DNA from: Bdellovibrionota bacterium FG-1
GTDB lineage: Bacteria; Bdellovibrionota; UBA1018
NCBI GenBank assembly: GCA_051382295.1
Contig: JBBCAW010000068.1
Span: forward strand, 1 to 30,189
Length of the DNA stretch: 30,189 bases
Direction of reading: 5' to 3'
Notes under the pieces: model-generated
Databases searched by the model: none
What the model was told of the DNA's origin: nothing
The model's input: only the letters and a program-made list of their open reading frames with translations
Part shown: one piece after another, positions 1 through 10,298 of the stretch
How positions within the stretch are numbered: the stretch's first letter is position 1
Layout: each line of letters begins with the position of its first letter
Translations under genes and position numbers: made by a program

Positions 1-555
1 CCCAACCCCTACGCCCCCCCCGATGCGGAGATGGTCCAAGTTCTTCAATCCGATGCTGGTCGAACCACGCCTTTTTGGCTACCCGCCATCGACAAAACCG
101 GGATTCGGCCCTCGCATTTTATCGGCACCGACACGAAATTGAGCTTTATTTCACTTTCGCATGTCCGGATTTACAAGGAGGCGCCAGAGTCGGCCTTTGC
201 CAAAGTGACCTACGAAACCCTGCCAGACCCAGGTAACCGTGAAGTGCCCGACTCGTTGATGTTACGCAAAACAGAATGCACGAATGTTTTTGACGACGAC
301 GACAGACGAGAACGTCCCTATACCCATAAATTTCTACTCTTGCATGGGATCAAAAAAATTAAATACCGTTACTGGCGAAGAGATTGGAACCAGTGGACCG
401 CGTCTTGGGATAATGAAAAAGAAGAATTCAAAGAAAAATACCCCGACCTCATTGAGGTGACTATCGAAGTCGCCGGTCCGGAACGCCTGAGTTTTCAAGG
501 CACCTACAAATTCAGACCGGAGGTACCCCTTCGTGGGCTTGATCCGAGCTTTTAA
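1..555 (+). CDS. Type II secretion minor pseudopilin GspJ-like protein, 5'-partial
   Basis: Frame is open from base 1 and overlaps the start of gspK. C-terminal 'WDN...PDLIEVTIEV' resembles GspJ C-termini. Call rests largely on gene order. Confidence 0.55.
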   Translation, partial: PNPYAPPDAEMVQVLQSDAGRTTPFWLPAIDKTGIRPSHFIGTDTKLSFISLSHVRIYKEAPESAFAKVTYETLPDPGNREVPDSLMLRKTECTNVFDDDDRRERPYTHKFLLLHGIKKIKYRYWRRDWNQWTASWDNEKEEFKEKYPDLIEVTIEVAGPERLSFQGTYKFRPEVPLRGLDPSF

Positions 556-1048
556 ATCACGTTATCAAGGTTGGGGACTGGGCCCAAAACCGCCGGAACA
601 CCCCGAGGGTGGTATCGCGCTTTTCATGGTAATGGCCGCCGTCAGTGTTTTGTCGATTTTGGTCACTGAGTTTACCTATGTGGCGCAGGTCAATCAAAAG
701 ATGGCCTTTGACGGTGTCGACCAACTTAAGGCGCATTATTTAGCCAAAACTGGGCTTAAAATCTCCCTTTTGCGCCTGAAGGCTTTTCAGAACATCACCC
801 AGTATGCCAATGGTCTGGCCAAAGCCGCCGGCGCCAGCACCAGTTTGGTGCCCAAGGCGATCTTAGATCAAATCTGGAGTTTTCCATTTTTCTACCCCTT
901 TCCGACCAATATTCCGGGAATGAGCACCGGGGACAAAGAACGAATTGAAGCCTTTCAAAAAGCCTCAGGACTCGATGGACGATTCTCATCCGTCATCGAA
1001 TCCGAATCCAGCAAGTACAATCTCAATATGCTCCTGGCCGGATATGCT

Positions 1049-1058
1049 CCCCCCCCCC
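1049..1058 (+). repeat. C10 homopolymer at the gspK frameshift
   Basis: gct-CCCCCCCCCC-tcg read directly from the sequence. Confidence 0.95.
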
Positions 1059-1808
1059 TCGCCGTCTCCCTCGACCAGTCCTTCGCCAGGCGCCCCGACC
1101 AGTCCCAAGCCTACCCCTTCGCCCACCCCCACGCCGGAGTTCAAACCCGAAGAAGCCCGAGAAAATCTTAAAAACTTTTTAAGCGAACTCATGCGTCCCA
1201 AGATGGAAGAAGATCCCCATTGGGCCGATGCGTACCGAGATACTCACTTCTTGGACGATCTGGTTGATCGTATTGCGGGATGGGCCGATCGCACCTACGA
1301 AAGCCGGGGACAATTAGGTGACATCCCCCTCAAAAAAGCCCCTTTTTATGACCTTTCTGAACTCCACATGATCACCGGGATGGATGATGAACTTTACAAC
1401 CTCTTTGCACCCAATCTCACCGTCAGTCGGACGCCCGGGATCAATGTCAACACCATGAAAGACGTCACGCTGAAAGCACTTTTTCCGGCAGCGACGAAGG
1501 ATGAAATCGAGGTCTTCTTCAAGGATCGAGACTCCCTTGAACAAGATGGCACGTTCAAAGCGGAAGAGGACTTTTTTGCCTCCATCAAAAGTCATTTCCA
1601 GGCTTACAACCAAGGTAACGCTCTGGATCAACTCAAAGAGACCTTCACCAAAAACCGCATCCGGTTTATCACAGATGAGAGCGAGTTTAAGATTACCGTC
1701 CAGGGGCAAGTCAATCAATCGACGCGCATCATCGAAGCTTGGGTGACCCTCACCTCCCAAAGCGGGACTAAAACCCCCACTGCTGGACAACCTGCGAAGC
1801 CAGCTGCC

Positions 1809-1844
1809 CCCAATCCGAATCCGAATCCGAATCCGAATCCTAAT
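1809..1844 (+). repeat. Hexamer tandem repeat (CCGAAT)n encoding (PN)6 in the GspK C-terminus
   Basis: cccaat (ccgaat)x4 cctaat. Confidence 0.9.
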
Positions 1845-1918
1845 GCCAGCCCCCCCCCTCCAGACCCTGGCTTGAAGATCTATTTCATGAGAATCTTATA
1901 GGGAGAAAGCGAAGCACT

Positions 1919-3574
1919 ATGAGAATTCTAGGCATCGATCTTGGCACTACCAGCATTAAAGCCGTCGAACTCGACAGCGCCTTTGGTCGCTACGAAATTC
2001 ACGACTACCACGAAATTCCCCGCCCACCGGGCCGGCCCCCCGGCGAAGCCATCGCCCAACTGATGGGCACGCTCGCGAAGACTCCGGACCGCATTGCCGT
2101 CGCGATGAAAACCGGGCAAATGACGTTCCGAAATCTCAACCTGCCTACCCGCGACAAAAAAGCAATTATCGCGGGTGTGGGTTTCGAACTCGAGGACGAA
2201 CTTCCGTTCTCGCTGGATGATGCAGCCTATGAATTCTCGGTGCTCAATCAGACCAAACAATCGACCTATATTCATATCGCTGCCACACTCAAAAAACATC
2301 TCGCCGCCTTTTTACACGAATGTAATGAATCGGGTTTGGACCCCGATACCGTCACCACTGAAGCATGGGCTTACCGCGCACTCCTGAATCGCGTCTTAGG
2401 TACGCAGGGACATCCGATTGAAAAGCCCGTTCTTTTGGTTCAGATTGGCCACGAACATTCCACGCTCTATCTTCACTTCAGAGGGGCGCCGGTAGTAGCG
2501 CGCGAGTTAGGATGGGGAGGACGAGACCTCACCACCGCAATCTGCCAAAAATACCAAATTCCCGTGGAAGAAGCCGAAGCCGCCAAGCTCGATCATGGCT
2601 TTGTCGTGCCCTTCGCTCAGCGCACTGAAGTCACTCCAGAACAAATCGAATTTTCAGACACCCTCATGGAGCCTGTCCAGGCCCTGCTTTCAGCGATTCG
2701 GCAGGCCGAGCTCAGCTGTAAGAACATCACCCACGAACCCCTCTCGCTCATTTATCTTTCAGGAGGAACCGCACAACTTCCAGGCCTCGCGAAAGTGGTC
2801 GAAGAAACCCTGAATCTGCCGGTACGGCCTCTGCAAGCCTTAAGCTCGATTGCCACTTCGGGAGTCACGTACTCCGAACAAACCGATGCGGTTTTTCTTT
2901 TGGCCGCTTCATTGGCCTTGGCCCAAGCGGGTACCGATCGGATTGTCCCCATCAATTTCAGAAAGGGCGATTTTGCTAGGCCTGGGCAGACGCGCGAACT
3001 CAGCCTGATGACGCTTCGAAAGCCCCTGCTGGCTATGGCGGCGATCGCGGTCTGTTTTTTTGCGAGCACGCTAGTTCAATCCCGAGTTTATCAAGCCCGC
3101 ATCCAGGAAACCGATTCGCAACTCGAAAAGAGTGTGCGCGGATTTTTTGGCACGCTGTCTACGAGCGCAGCTAAAACTTATATGTCCAATACGACCACGC
3201 TCAAGGGGTCGATCAATAAGGAACTCACTAAACAGCGGGATATTGCCAAACTGGTGGGCCCCAATCCTCATTCGCCGCTGGATTTTTTACGAGAACTTTC
3301 GACCACGATTTCAAAAGACGTGGTGGTTGACATGACCCAATACCAAGTCGGGGCCGCCCCTGCGACCCCCTATGCACCCACGGGGGAAAGCCAGGCCTCG
3401 CTTTCGTTCTTAGTCTCTAACCCCCAACTGGCCGAACGCCTCAACACGCTCTTAACCAACAAGTTAAGCGGGCTAGAACGAGGAAAAATGGAAGAAGCCA
3501 GCGCTGCGGACGGCACAAAACGGTGGAGAGTCACTTTCAGCGGAAAACCAACCGAGGACTCGTATGGCAAATAA
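1919..3574 (+). CDS. PilM/GspL-like assembly platform protein (actin-like cytoplasmic domain, TM segment, periplasmic domain)
   Basis: Actin-fold motifs 'ILGIDLGTTSIKAVEL', 'GGRDLT' and 'IYLSGGTAQLPGL'. 'INFRKG' precedes a TM helix. Sits between gspK and gspM. Confidence 0.85.
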   Translation: MRILGIDLGTTSIKAVELDSAFGRYEIHDYHEIPRPPGRPPGEAIAQLMGTLAKTPDRIAVAMKTGQMTFRNLNLPTRDKKAIIAGVGFELEDELPFSLDDAAYEFSVLNQTKQSTYIHIAATLKKHLAAFLHECNESGLDPDTVTTEAWAYRALLNRVLGTQGHPIEKPVLLVQIGHEHSTLYLHFRGAPVVARELGWGGRDLTTAICQKYQIPVEEAEAAKLDHGFVVPFAQRTEVTPEQIEFSDTLMEPVQALLSAIRQAELSCKNITHEPLSLIYLSGGTAQLPGLAKVVEETLNLPVRPLQALSSIATSGVTYSEQTDAVFLLAASLALAQAGTDRIVPINFRKGDFARPGQTRELSLMTLRKPLLAMAAIAVCFFASTLVQSRVYQARIQETDSQLEKSVRGFFGTLSTSAAKTYMSNTTTLKGSINKELTKQRDIAKLVGPNPHSPLDFLRELSTTISKDVVVDMTQYQVGAAPATPYAPTGESQASLSFLVSNPQLAERLNTLLTNKLSGLERGKMEEASAADGTKRWRVTFSGKPTEDSYGK

Positions 3575-4205
3575 TTCACAATCGGGTGCAACAAAGGCCG
3601 GTGAAAATAAGCTTCAGGAATGGCTCAGTAGCGTTTCAGAATGGCTCGGTGAGCAGTCCTGGTTTCAACAGCTCAAAGGCAAATGGGATGAGCTGGATCC
3701 CCCCAGTAAATCCTACCTCAAAGCCGGAGGCCTAGGGGCCCTCACTCTATCCGTTATTCTTTTGGTGATCAGCTCACTTTGGAGCATTCACTCCTTAAAA
3801 AGTGAGCTGAATGAAAAACAAGATCTTTTATCGATGATTCAATCCGCCAACGAGGAGCTACGGCGCTTGAAAGAAACCAACGGCAATGTGCCATCACCCG
3901 CTGCGGGCGGGGGCACCTGGCAAAATTATTTTGAGTCACTGGCGGCCGGGGTGGGAATTGACAAGACCAGCCTCACGGTCGGTACCGAAAAACCAGGGCC
4001 CGCTAACGAAATCACCAAAGAAACACTTTATGATGTCAGCCTCAAACACGTGAGCATTAAACAAGTGGTGAGATACGCTCATGGTCTGGAAAACGGCGTT
4101 CGCCCCGTCAAACTTCGCAATCTTCAAATCGACACAAAAGGGGATGCCGAAGGCTATATGGATGCCACGCTGGCCCTTTCAGGTTTTATATTGGTGACCA
4201 AATGA
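3564..4205 (+). CDS. gspM: Type II secretion protein GspM-like
   Basis: Single N-proximal TM helix, a coiled segment and a ferredoxin-like C-terminal pattern. Overlaps both neighbours. Confidence 0.65.
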   Translation: MANNSQSGATKAGENKLQEWLSSVSEWLGEQSWFQQLKGKWDELDPPSKSYLKAGGLGALTLSVILLVISSLWSIHSLKSELNEKQDLLSMIQSANEELRRLKETNGNVPSPAAGGGTWQNYFESLAAGVGIDKTSLTVGTEKPGPANEITKETLYDVSLKHVSIKQVVRYAHGLENGVRPVKLRNLQIDTKGDAEGYMDATLALSGFILVTK

Positions 4206-5185
4206 ACGACTCAATCGCAAGCAACCCCCTCTCTGAAACCCCGACTGGCAAGCCGGCGGAGGCATCTACCCCTCCCCCCCGGGCCCAACAAATTGCCCAA
4301 TCCATGGCATGGATTGGTTTTGGACTTTTCTGCCTGCTTTTTTTCACCTGGATTAAACTTCCTCAGGATCGAATCAAAAACTATGTTCAAGGTTTAATTG
4401 CCGCACAACTCGCGCCCAAGGGGATCAACTTTTCGGCGGAGCGCGGCTATGTATCTTTAGGCTGGGGTGTCTCTTATGTCATGAAGAACGTCACCATCAA
4501 TCTCCCTCCACCCGAGGCGGCTGCGCACATCGACCGCATTGAGGTTTCGCCTTCGCTCGTACCGCTTATTTTTGGATACCAAGGCGGTAGTATTTCACTC
4601 GAACAGGGAGAAGGCTCGTTTTCGGCCTCAGTGTCCATGAAGGGGACAAACGTATCCGGATCGTTTAAGACAAAAAAAATGGACCTGGGCAAGATTGCCA
4701 TCCTTCCTATGGCAGCGGGAATCCACGGTTCCGTGATGGCTACGGGCAAAGGGGCCTTTTCGGGGGACTTTTCAGTGCCTTCTACTTTGAGCGTGGATCT
4801 GGATATGACCTTAGGCAAGGTAGTTTTGGACCCCCAAATGGTCATGGGATTTAGTGTACCCCAAATTCAAGCCTCAGAAGGACGATTGGAAATGTTTTCC
4901 GAAAAAGGCAAAGCCATGATCAAAACGTTTAAATTGGGAAAAGCAGGGGGAACCGACGATATTCAGGCCAGCGGCACGGGCGACATTCTATTGGGCCGCA
5001 ACTGGGATTCGAGCACCCTCAATAGCCGACTCAGTGTCAAATTTTCAGAATCACTCATGAAAGCCTTTGTCTTTGTGGACGCCATTCTTGGCCCCGGCAA
5101 ACAACCCGACGGAAGCTATTTAATCACGCTTTCGGGATCTCTGACGGCTCCGCAATTTTTGCCTGTTGGACCGGGCTCAAAATAG
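4202..5185 (+). CDS. gspN: Type II secretion protein GspN
   Basis: N-terminal TM followed by 'LPQDRIK', a beta-rich body and C-terminal 'ITLSGSLTAP'. Last gene of the gsp cluster. Confidence 0.75.
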   Translation: MNDSIASNPLSETPTGKPAEASTPPPRAQQIAQSMAWIGFGLFCLLFFTWIKLPQDRIKNYVQGLIAAQLAPKGINFSAERGYVSLGWGVSYVMKNVTINLPPPEAAAHIDRIEVSPSLVPLIFGYQGGSISLEQGEGSFSASVSMKGTNVSGSFKTKKMDLGKIAILPMAAGIHGSVMATGKGAFSGDFSVPSTLSVDLDMTLGKVVLDPQMVMGFSVPQIQASEGRLEMFSEKGKAMIKTFKLGKAGGTDDIQASGTGDILLGRNWDSSTLNSRLSVKFSESLMKAFVFVDAILGPGKQPDGSYLITLSGSLTAPQFLPVGPGSK

Positions 5186-5203
5186 CGTATAAAGCAAAAA
5201 CAA

Positions 5204-6055
5204 ATGGACTCACAATCACTCGAAAAGGCCCTCGAAGCCGCGCTCGACCGTCACCTCCATGCAGCAGCTCCAAAAGAGTGTCAGACGCCTGCTCCGCTGG
5301 CTGAAGCGATCCGCTATAGTTTTCTAGCCCCCGGTAAACGGATTCGCCCGCGGCTCGTGTTAGCCACGGCGCAAATGATCGGACTTCCCCTGGAGGCCGC
5401 CCTTCCAGCGGCTGCCGCGATCGAGATGGTCCATTGCTTCACCCTCATTCATGATGACCTACCCTGCATGGACGATGACGACTTGAGACGTGGGCGCCCT
5501 TCCAACCATAAAAAGTACGGCGAGGCGACGGCGCTGCTAGCTGGGGACGCGCTCATGACTCTGGCCTGGGAAACGCTCCTCGATGCCACTCCCCACGTTG
5601 AACCGACTTATCTTTTGCAAGCGCTCCACCGCCTGGCTTGGGCCAGCGGCCCTCGCGGCGTGATCGGCGGCCAGGCGGCTGAACCTCTGCTCCATGCGAA
5701 ATCACCGATTGAGGATATGCGAACGATGCATAGCATGAAAACCGGCGCCCTTTTTTTGGCGGCGATTCTCTTGCCCTTGGATTTGGTCGGTCAGACAAAT
5801 GAATCGTTGCAAAATTTCGCGGCCGAACTAGGACTCGCTTTTCAAGTCGCTGACGATCTCGAAGATCTGGAGAGCGACCAACCCACGAGCGTTCTTTTCT
5901 ATTTATCCGCGGCTCAAGCGCGTCAAGAAACAATCGCGCGCCTCTCAAAGGCCTCCGGAGATTTGACTCAGAAGTGGGGCCAGGCCCAGGCGCGTCTCCT
6001 CACCCAAATTGCGGATGAAGTGATTGTCAGCCTCAACAAAGAGGTCAAGTCGTGA
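5204..6055 (+). CDS. ispA: Polyprenyl (farnesyl/geranylgeranyl) diphosphate synthase
   Basis: 'GKRIRP', first Asp-rich motif 'LIHDDLPCMDDDDLRRGRP', 'KTGALF' and second motif 'FQVADDLED'. Confidence 0.92.
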   Translation: MDSQSLEKALEAALDRHLHAAAPKECQTPAPLAEAIRYSFLAPGKRIRPRLVLATAQMIGLPLEAALPAAAAIEMVHCFTLIHDDLPCMDDDDLRRGRPSNHKKYGEATALLAGDALMTLAWETLLDATPHVEPTYLLQALHRLAWASGPRGVIGGQAAEPLLHAKSPIEDMRTMHSMKTGALFLAAILLPLDLVGQTNESLQNFAAELGLAFQVADDLEDLESDQPTSVLFYLSAAQARQETIARLSKASGDLTQKWGQAQARLLTQIADEVIVSLNKEVKS

Positions 6056-7041
6056 AACGCTCCTCCGCCACAGGGTTTCGCTTTCTTTGGATCACGGATT
6101 CCTGGGATAGCCTGGATCACGCGAAAGACACGACTCTCCGACTAGCGGAGGAGTCGCTGAAAATAGGTGCCGAGTCTTATTGGTGCAGCTATAGAGATCT
6201 CTTTTGGGAAAATGGACAAACGCGAATTCTGGTCCACCGTTTTTTGAAAATAGGTCCGACTCGCACGCCCGACAGCTTTCGATTTTCGGCGGTTCGCCGA
6301 ATGATTGTAACAGATTTTGATAGCATTCACTACCGCACTGATCCGCCGATTGATCTCACTTATCTGCATCCACTGCTCTTATTGACGTTGGGGTTAAAAG
6401 ATGGCCCCAAGCGCGGCAGACGCGCTGAAATCGTGAATCCTCCTGAAATGCTTTTCGGCGCCAACGAGAAACTCGAAGCGGCACTTCTGGGTGAGTTAAT
6501 GCCCAAGAGCATCGCGGCTTCGCAGTGGGCACCACTCGAGACCTTCGGGAAAAAAGAAGGTAAAACGGTACTCAAACCGCTCCATCAAGCGCAGAGCAAA
6601 GGCATTGAACTCCTCCATTGGAAAACACGAACAGAGATTGCTCAAACGCGCGCGTGCATCGAAAAAGCGACAGCGGGTTTTACCCAGCCAGTGCTTTTGC
6701 AGCGCTATCTTTCTGGTATCAGCGAGGGCGAAAAACGCCTCTGGTATGTCGATGGAAAACTACTTGCCACGATCCGCAAGCTGCCGCTACCCAATGATTT
6801 TCGAGTCAATTTGGACCGCGGGAGTCGCCTCGCCGCTACCGACCTAACAGCCAAAGAAAAGCGCATCGCCATGAAGATCGGAAAACACCTACGCGGGCGC
6901 GGAATCCGCCTTGCCGCCGTGGATCTGATCGACCATCAAGTCACGGATCTGAATTTTACAAGTCCAGGGCTCATCGTGCAGATGGAAGAGATTTTGGGTC
7001 GGAATTTGGCAAGGGTGATCGTGGAGCGGTTGACCAAATGA
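6052..7041 (+). CDS. gshB: Glutathione synthetase-like ATP-grasp ligase
   Basis: 'KDTTLRL', 'RTDPP', 'ANEKL', 'VLKPL', 'DFRVNL..G' and 'NFTSPG' match prokaryotic GshB. Confidence 0.85.
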   Translation: MKRSSATGFRFLWITDSWDSLDHAKDTTLRLAEESLKIGAESYWCSYRDLFWENGQTRILVHRFLKIGPTRTPDSFRFSAVRRMIVTDFDSIHYRTDPPIDLTYLHPLLLLTLGLKDGPKRGRRAEIVNPPEMLFGANEKLEAALLGELMPKSIAASQWAPLETFGKKEGKTVLKPLHQAQSKGIELLHWKTRTEIAQTRACIEKATAGFTQPVLLQRYLSGISEGEKRLWYVDGKLLATIRKLPLPNDFRVNLDRGSRLAATDLTAKEKRIAMKIGKHLRGRGIRLAAVDLIDHQVTDLNFTSPGLIVQMEEILGRNLARVIVERLTK

Positions 7042-7053
7042 GCCACTCCGCCC

Positions 7054-7518
7054 CTACAACAGGCGTTTCAGCCCCTGACAAGTATAAACCCCGGCGGGCA
7101 CCCGATAGCTGATTTCAGAAAATGTCCGATCCGAGGATCGTTTTACTTGGATGGCATGATCGACCGCGCCCTGATCAGTAAGATACGTGACCTCGGCGCT
7201 AAGAATGCCATCGCTGCAAGAAAAGGCTTTCAAGAGAGTCGCCTCGGCAAGCGTACTGACTGAAAACGGAATCACCATTCCCAGCACCGCGCCGGTGGGT
7301 ATTTGAAATGTGCCTTCTAGAAAAACGCGCATGACCTCAACCTCATTTTGAGAATAGACCATGACCCGACACTCCCCATTCGCGTCGTGCCCTTCGTAAA
7401 GATGCGGTTTATCGGCACCTAGAAAACCGGACATAATCTGAACCGAATCGCGTTGATCGGCAGCGTGAACGGGATCTACAGTGACCAGACAGATGAGCAG
7501 CGATAGAAGGATTATCAT
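7054..7518 (-). CDS. Hypothetical secreted protein
   Basis: Signal peptide ending 'VHA'; GGGAG RBS upstream; three Cys in the mature part. Confidence 0.7.
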   Translation of the reverse strand: MIILLSLLICLVTVDPVHAADQRDSVQIMSGFLGADKPHLYEGHDANGECRVMVYSQNEVEVMRVFLEGTFQIPTGAVLGMVIPFSVSTLAEATLLKAFSCSDGILSAEVTYLTDQGAVDHAIQVKRSSDRTFSEISYRVPAGVYTCQGLKRLL

Positions 7519-7539
7519 TTTCGGACTCCCTCGATAAGT

Positions 7540-9942
7540 CTAGAGCGTGTGGATATCGAGCAACGTATGAACCCGGTCGAGGTAATACTTCCAGAAAGCT
7601 GACAGATATTCGTCGTCTGGTGCGCCGGTTTTGCTCCACTCGTCCATGATCTTCTTAGTCTCTTTAACGATCCCGCCCTGCGGATCCAACGATAAGACGT
7701 GTTTGAACTTAAGCCCGAATTCCAGTAACTTTCCAGAAGCCTTGGCGCGCTCTTCCTGTGAAAAAGGTAAAGGCAAACTGCCCACTGCTTTTGATTCTAC
7801 TTTAGCCTCACGAAATCGAATCAGCGCCTCCAGTGAATAGATCAGGTCCTTTCGTATTCTCAGCGCCTCAGCCCGTACCTCAGGCAAGTGGCCGCTCTCC
7901 TTATTTTCGATTCGACAAAGATAAAATTTCCAGACGTTTTCAAAGAGCAGTGAAAAGGAAGCATCTTGCGAAGTATCTAGACCTTGCCCCAAAACTCCTA
8001 TTTTTTTCCAAAGTTCTCGCATCGCTTCAAAACGGCTACGGCTGGCCTCCCAGTCCGAGGAAAGGGCAAGTACTTCGGCCTCGAGAATCACTTGATTTCG
8101 AGCGAGGACGCGTTCTCTGATTTCTTTGGTCGCGGCCGCCTGGTATTCCTGAATCAGCAATTGAAGGCGGCTGCGGATTTCTTGAAATTCAACGGGAGTC
8201 GCCTCGCCGCGCTCCTGAAACTGGCTCAGATGCTTGTCCGTCGCTTGCAACTCATTCTCCATCGCCGAGACCGATTTCATCGCCTGGGGAAGATGGGTTT
8301 CGTTTTTCGTGCGAAGTTTTTCTAACAAAGCCTGGAGACGCCCTTCAAGACCGAGAGCGAGGTCGACGTGTTTTTTCATTTCTTCTGAAAACTGAAGTTT
8401 CAAAGAAGCCTGGTAAGTTTCAAACTCAGTTTGATACTCAGCGGCGACCGACTCCGGCAAAGGGGTCTTCTTCCAGGTTTCCTCAAATTTCCGGGCAAGC
8501 CGCAGCCGCGCGAGCAGCGGGGCCTGTCCTTCGCACGCAGCTTTCATTTCGAAAAGAATTTCCCGTCTTATTTGAAGCGCGTTCAGTTCCACTCGCCGCA
8601 ACTGGCCGCGATACAAATTCAATTGCCTAAAGTACATCTCGATTAGCTTAGTAAAAACGATTTCCACTTCACGAATGGCTTCTGAATTTTTTCCGCCGAT
8701 TTCGCGCCAAAGCGCCTGCAATCCCTCCACTCGAGCCGAGATGGCCGGCTCAAAAGCAGAAATTTTAAATTGAATATTGGCACTGGGATTTGTGATGGCC
8801 TCCGCTGTGAAAACAAGAGGCTCGGACACATGCTCTGAAAGAGTGGTTTTGAGTCTTTCGAAGACCTGTAATCTCATCCTGTCGCAGATCACCCAGCCCC
8901 GATCACTCAAGGCTTTAAATTGTTCCCAAATTTTATGGTCTTTCTCTCGATCAAGACCGCCGAGGTCTCTCATTTCTTTCGCATAATCGAAAAGTCGCTG
9001 CGTCAACCCGATTGAGTTTTTCAACGCAGTATCGGAGTCCGGTTCTGCCTCGAGCTCGCCAATCAATTTTTCTAACTCGGCTTGAATTCGAGTCGCGCGG
9101 TCGGTACGAGCCCAGGTATCCCATAGGGCTTCGTCCACCACTTCCGAACGTTTCTTCAGAAGCGCCTTTAAAAACTCCTCTGCTTCGTCTAGCTGAGCGG
9201 GATACTCGCGCCTCCAGCGCCTGAGCATCCCGAGCTCCTTTTGCAGCTCACGAAGGCGAGGCCCAGCTTTAGGATGGGCGAGGTCTTCACTGATGGCTTT
9301 GAGGTTACCAAGAATACCCTCGACGGCCGCAAGACGGCGCTGCCGAACCTCAAGCTCTCGATCAGGGTGCGTAACCTTGGGAGGAGCAACGATCTGGGGG
9401 GTAGAAACGGCCTCCGGCGCTTTTGCGACCTCGGGCAAAACCACGCTCAACTGCGGCTCTGAAATTTTGGGCAGGGGTGCCACTTTTACCTTTTTGGCAT
9501 GGGTTTTTTCATGCTCCTCGAACTCAGTTTTCCTCTGTATTTGCTCATTGAGTTGCACAATTTCTTGAAGCCTCAGTGCCGCGATAGCCGCACCCGTTTG
9601 GCGAAGTTTTCTTTCTGCGACTCGCTTCACTTTCTTACTCAGTTCACTTCGACTCACCCGCTTTAACGTCGACTCATCGGTGACCGCCTCAATCACTCGA
9701 AGCTGAAGGTCCTGATCGGTGACGGACCGCAAAAAATGAATCACCACTCGTTCGGGCTGTTGTGAAACCAAGACTTCTAACTGGCTCTTGTCTAAAGCAC
9801 GAAGATCGGCTTCCTGCAGCGGTGAGGTCGTTTTAGCTTTTGCCGCCGCCCGATGGTCCTTCACCTGAGGAAGAGGCGTGGTTCGCGCCTTCCCTTTCAG
9901 TCTTTCGAACAATGACGACATCGCGTTGAACAGATTGGCCAT
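7540..9942 (-). CDS. DUF349-like helical repeat protein
   Basis: 800-aa helical ORF with recurring 'W..iG' and 'lW..F' motifs (LWREIGG, LWKKIGV, EWSKTGAP, IWEQFKALSD). Confidence 0.65.
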   Translation of the reverse strand: MANLFNAMSSLFERLKGKARTTPLPQVKDHRAAAKAKTTSPLQEADLRALDKSQLEVLVSQQPERVVIHFLRSVTDQDLQLRVIEAVTDESTLKRVSRSELSKKVKRVAERKLRQTGAAIAALRLQEIVQLNEQIQRKTEFEEHEKTHAKKVKVAPLPKISEPQLSVVLPEVAKAPEAVSTPQIVAPPKVTHPDRELEVRQRRLAAVEGILGNLKAISEDLAHPKAGPRLRELQKELGMLRRWRREYPAQLDEAEEFLKALLKKRSEVVDEALWDTWARTDRATRIQAELEKLIGELEAEPDSDTALKNSIGLTQRLFDYAKEMRDLGGLDREKDHKIWEQFKALSDRGWVICDRMRLQVFERLKTTLSEHVSEPLVFTAEAITNPSANIQFKISAFEPAISARVEGLQALWREIGGKNSEAIREVEIVFTKLIEMYFRQLNLYRGQLRRVELNALQIRREILFEMKAACEGQAPLLARLRLARKFEETWKKTPLPESVAAEYQTEFETYQASLKLQFSEEMKKHVDLALGLEGRLQALLEKLRTKNETHLPQAMKSVSAMENELQATDKHLSQFQERGEATPVEFQEIRSRLQLLIQEYQAAATKEIRERVLARNQVILEAEVLALSSDWEASRSRFEAMRELWKKIGVLGQGLDTSQDASFSLLFENVWKFYLCRIENKESGHLPEVRAEALRIRKDLIYSLEALIRFREAKVESKAVGSLPLPFSQEERAKASGKLLEFGLKFKHVLSLDPQGGIVKETKKIMDEWSKTGAPDDEYLSAFWKYYLDRVHTLLDIHTL

Positions 9943-10145
9943 TTAGTCACCCCTATGGGGACCGATGCTCCAATAAAAACGCGGGAAATGAAATGATTTT
10001 TCTGATTCCAGACTCATGAAGCGCAATCCAACCGAGGACAACCGCCGTTGAAAAAGCATTTTTTTAGTAGGAGAAAGAACTTATCTTTATTTTCCAGTCA
10101 GTCTTTTACCTTAAATTATGAATAGTTACCTATTATATGCAAAAC

Positions 10146-10198
10146 TGGGCATTGGTAAAATCAATCTTGGGCAGTGCTGTAACTCAAACTGGGCACTG
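10146..10198. promoter_or_regulatory. Three direct repeats TGGGCANTG at an exact 22-bp period in a divergent intergenic region
   Basis: TGGGCATTG at 10146, TGGGCAGTG at 10168 and TGGGCACTG at 10190. Confidence 0.55.
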
Positions 10199-10298
10199 AC
10201 TCTATTTTTGACGCGCCATTACTTGCGGCGCCGCAGGCAACTTATTTGGTCGGAAATTGATTCAGAAATTCAGATAGCAAGAGGGCGCAATCCCTGTT

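Larger units (their letters stand above)
533..1901 (+). pseudogene. gspK: Type II secretion minor pseudopilin GspK, split by a +1 frameshift in a C10 tract (ORFs 533..1171 and 945..1901)
   Basis: Prepilin-like 'GGIALFMVMAAVSVLSIL', 'QLKAHYLAKTG' and 'ESESSKYNLN' lie in the first frame. 'PFYDLSELHMITGM' and 'INVNT' lie in the second. Removing one C from 1049-1058 joins them as YAPPPSPSPS. Confidence 0.85.

Noticed and set aside
1887..1930. GspK ends in MRIL and the next gene begins with MRIL
   Set aside because: Only about 8 identical bases; cannot be told apart from coincidence.
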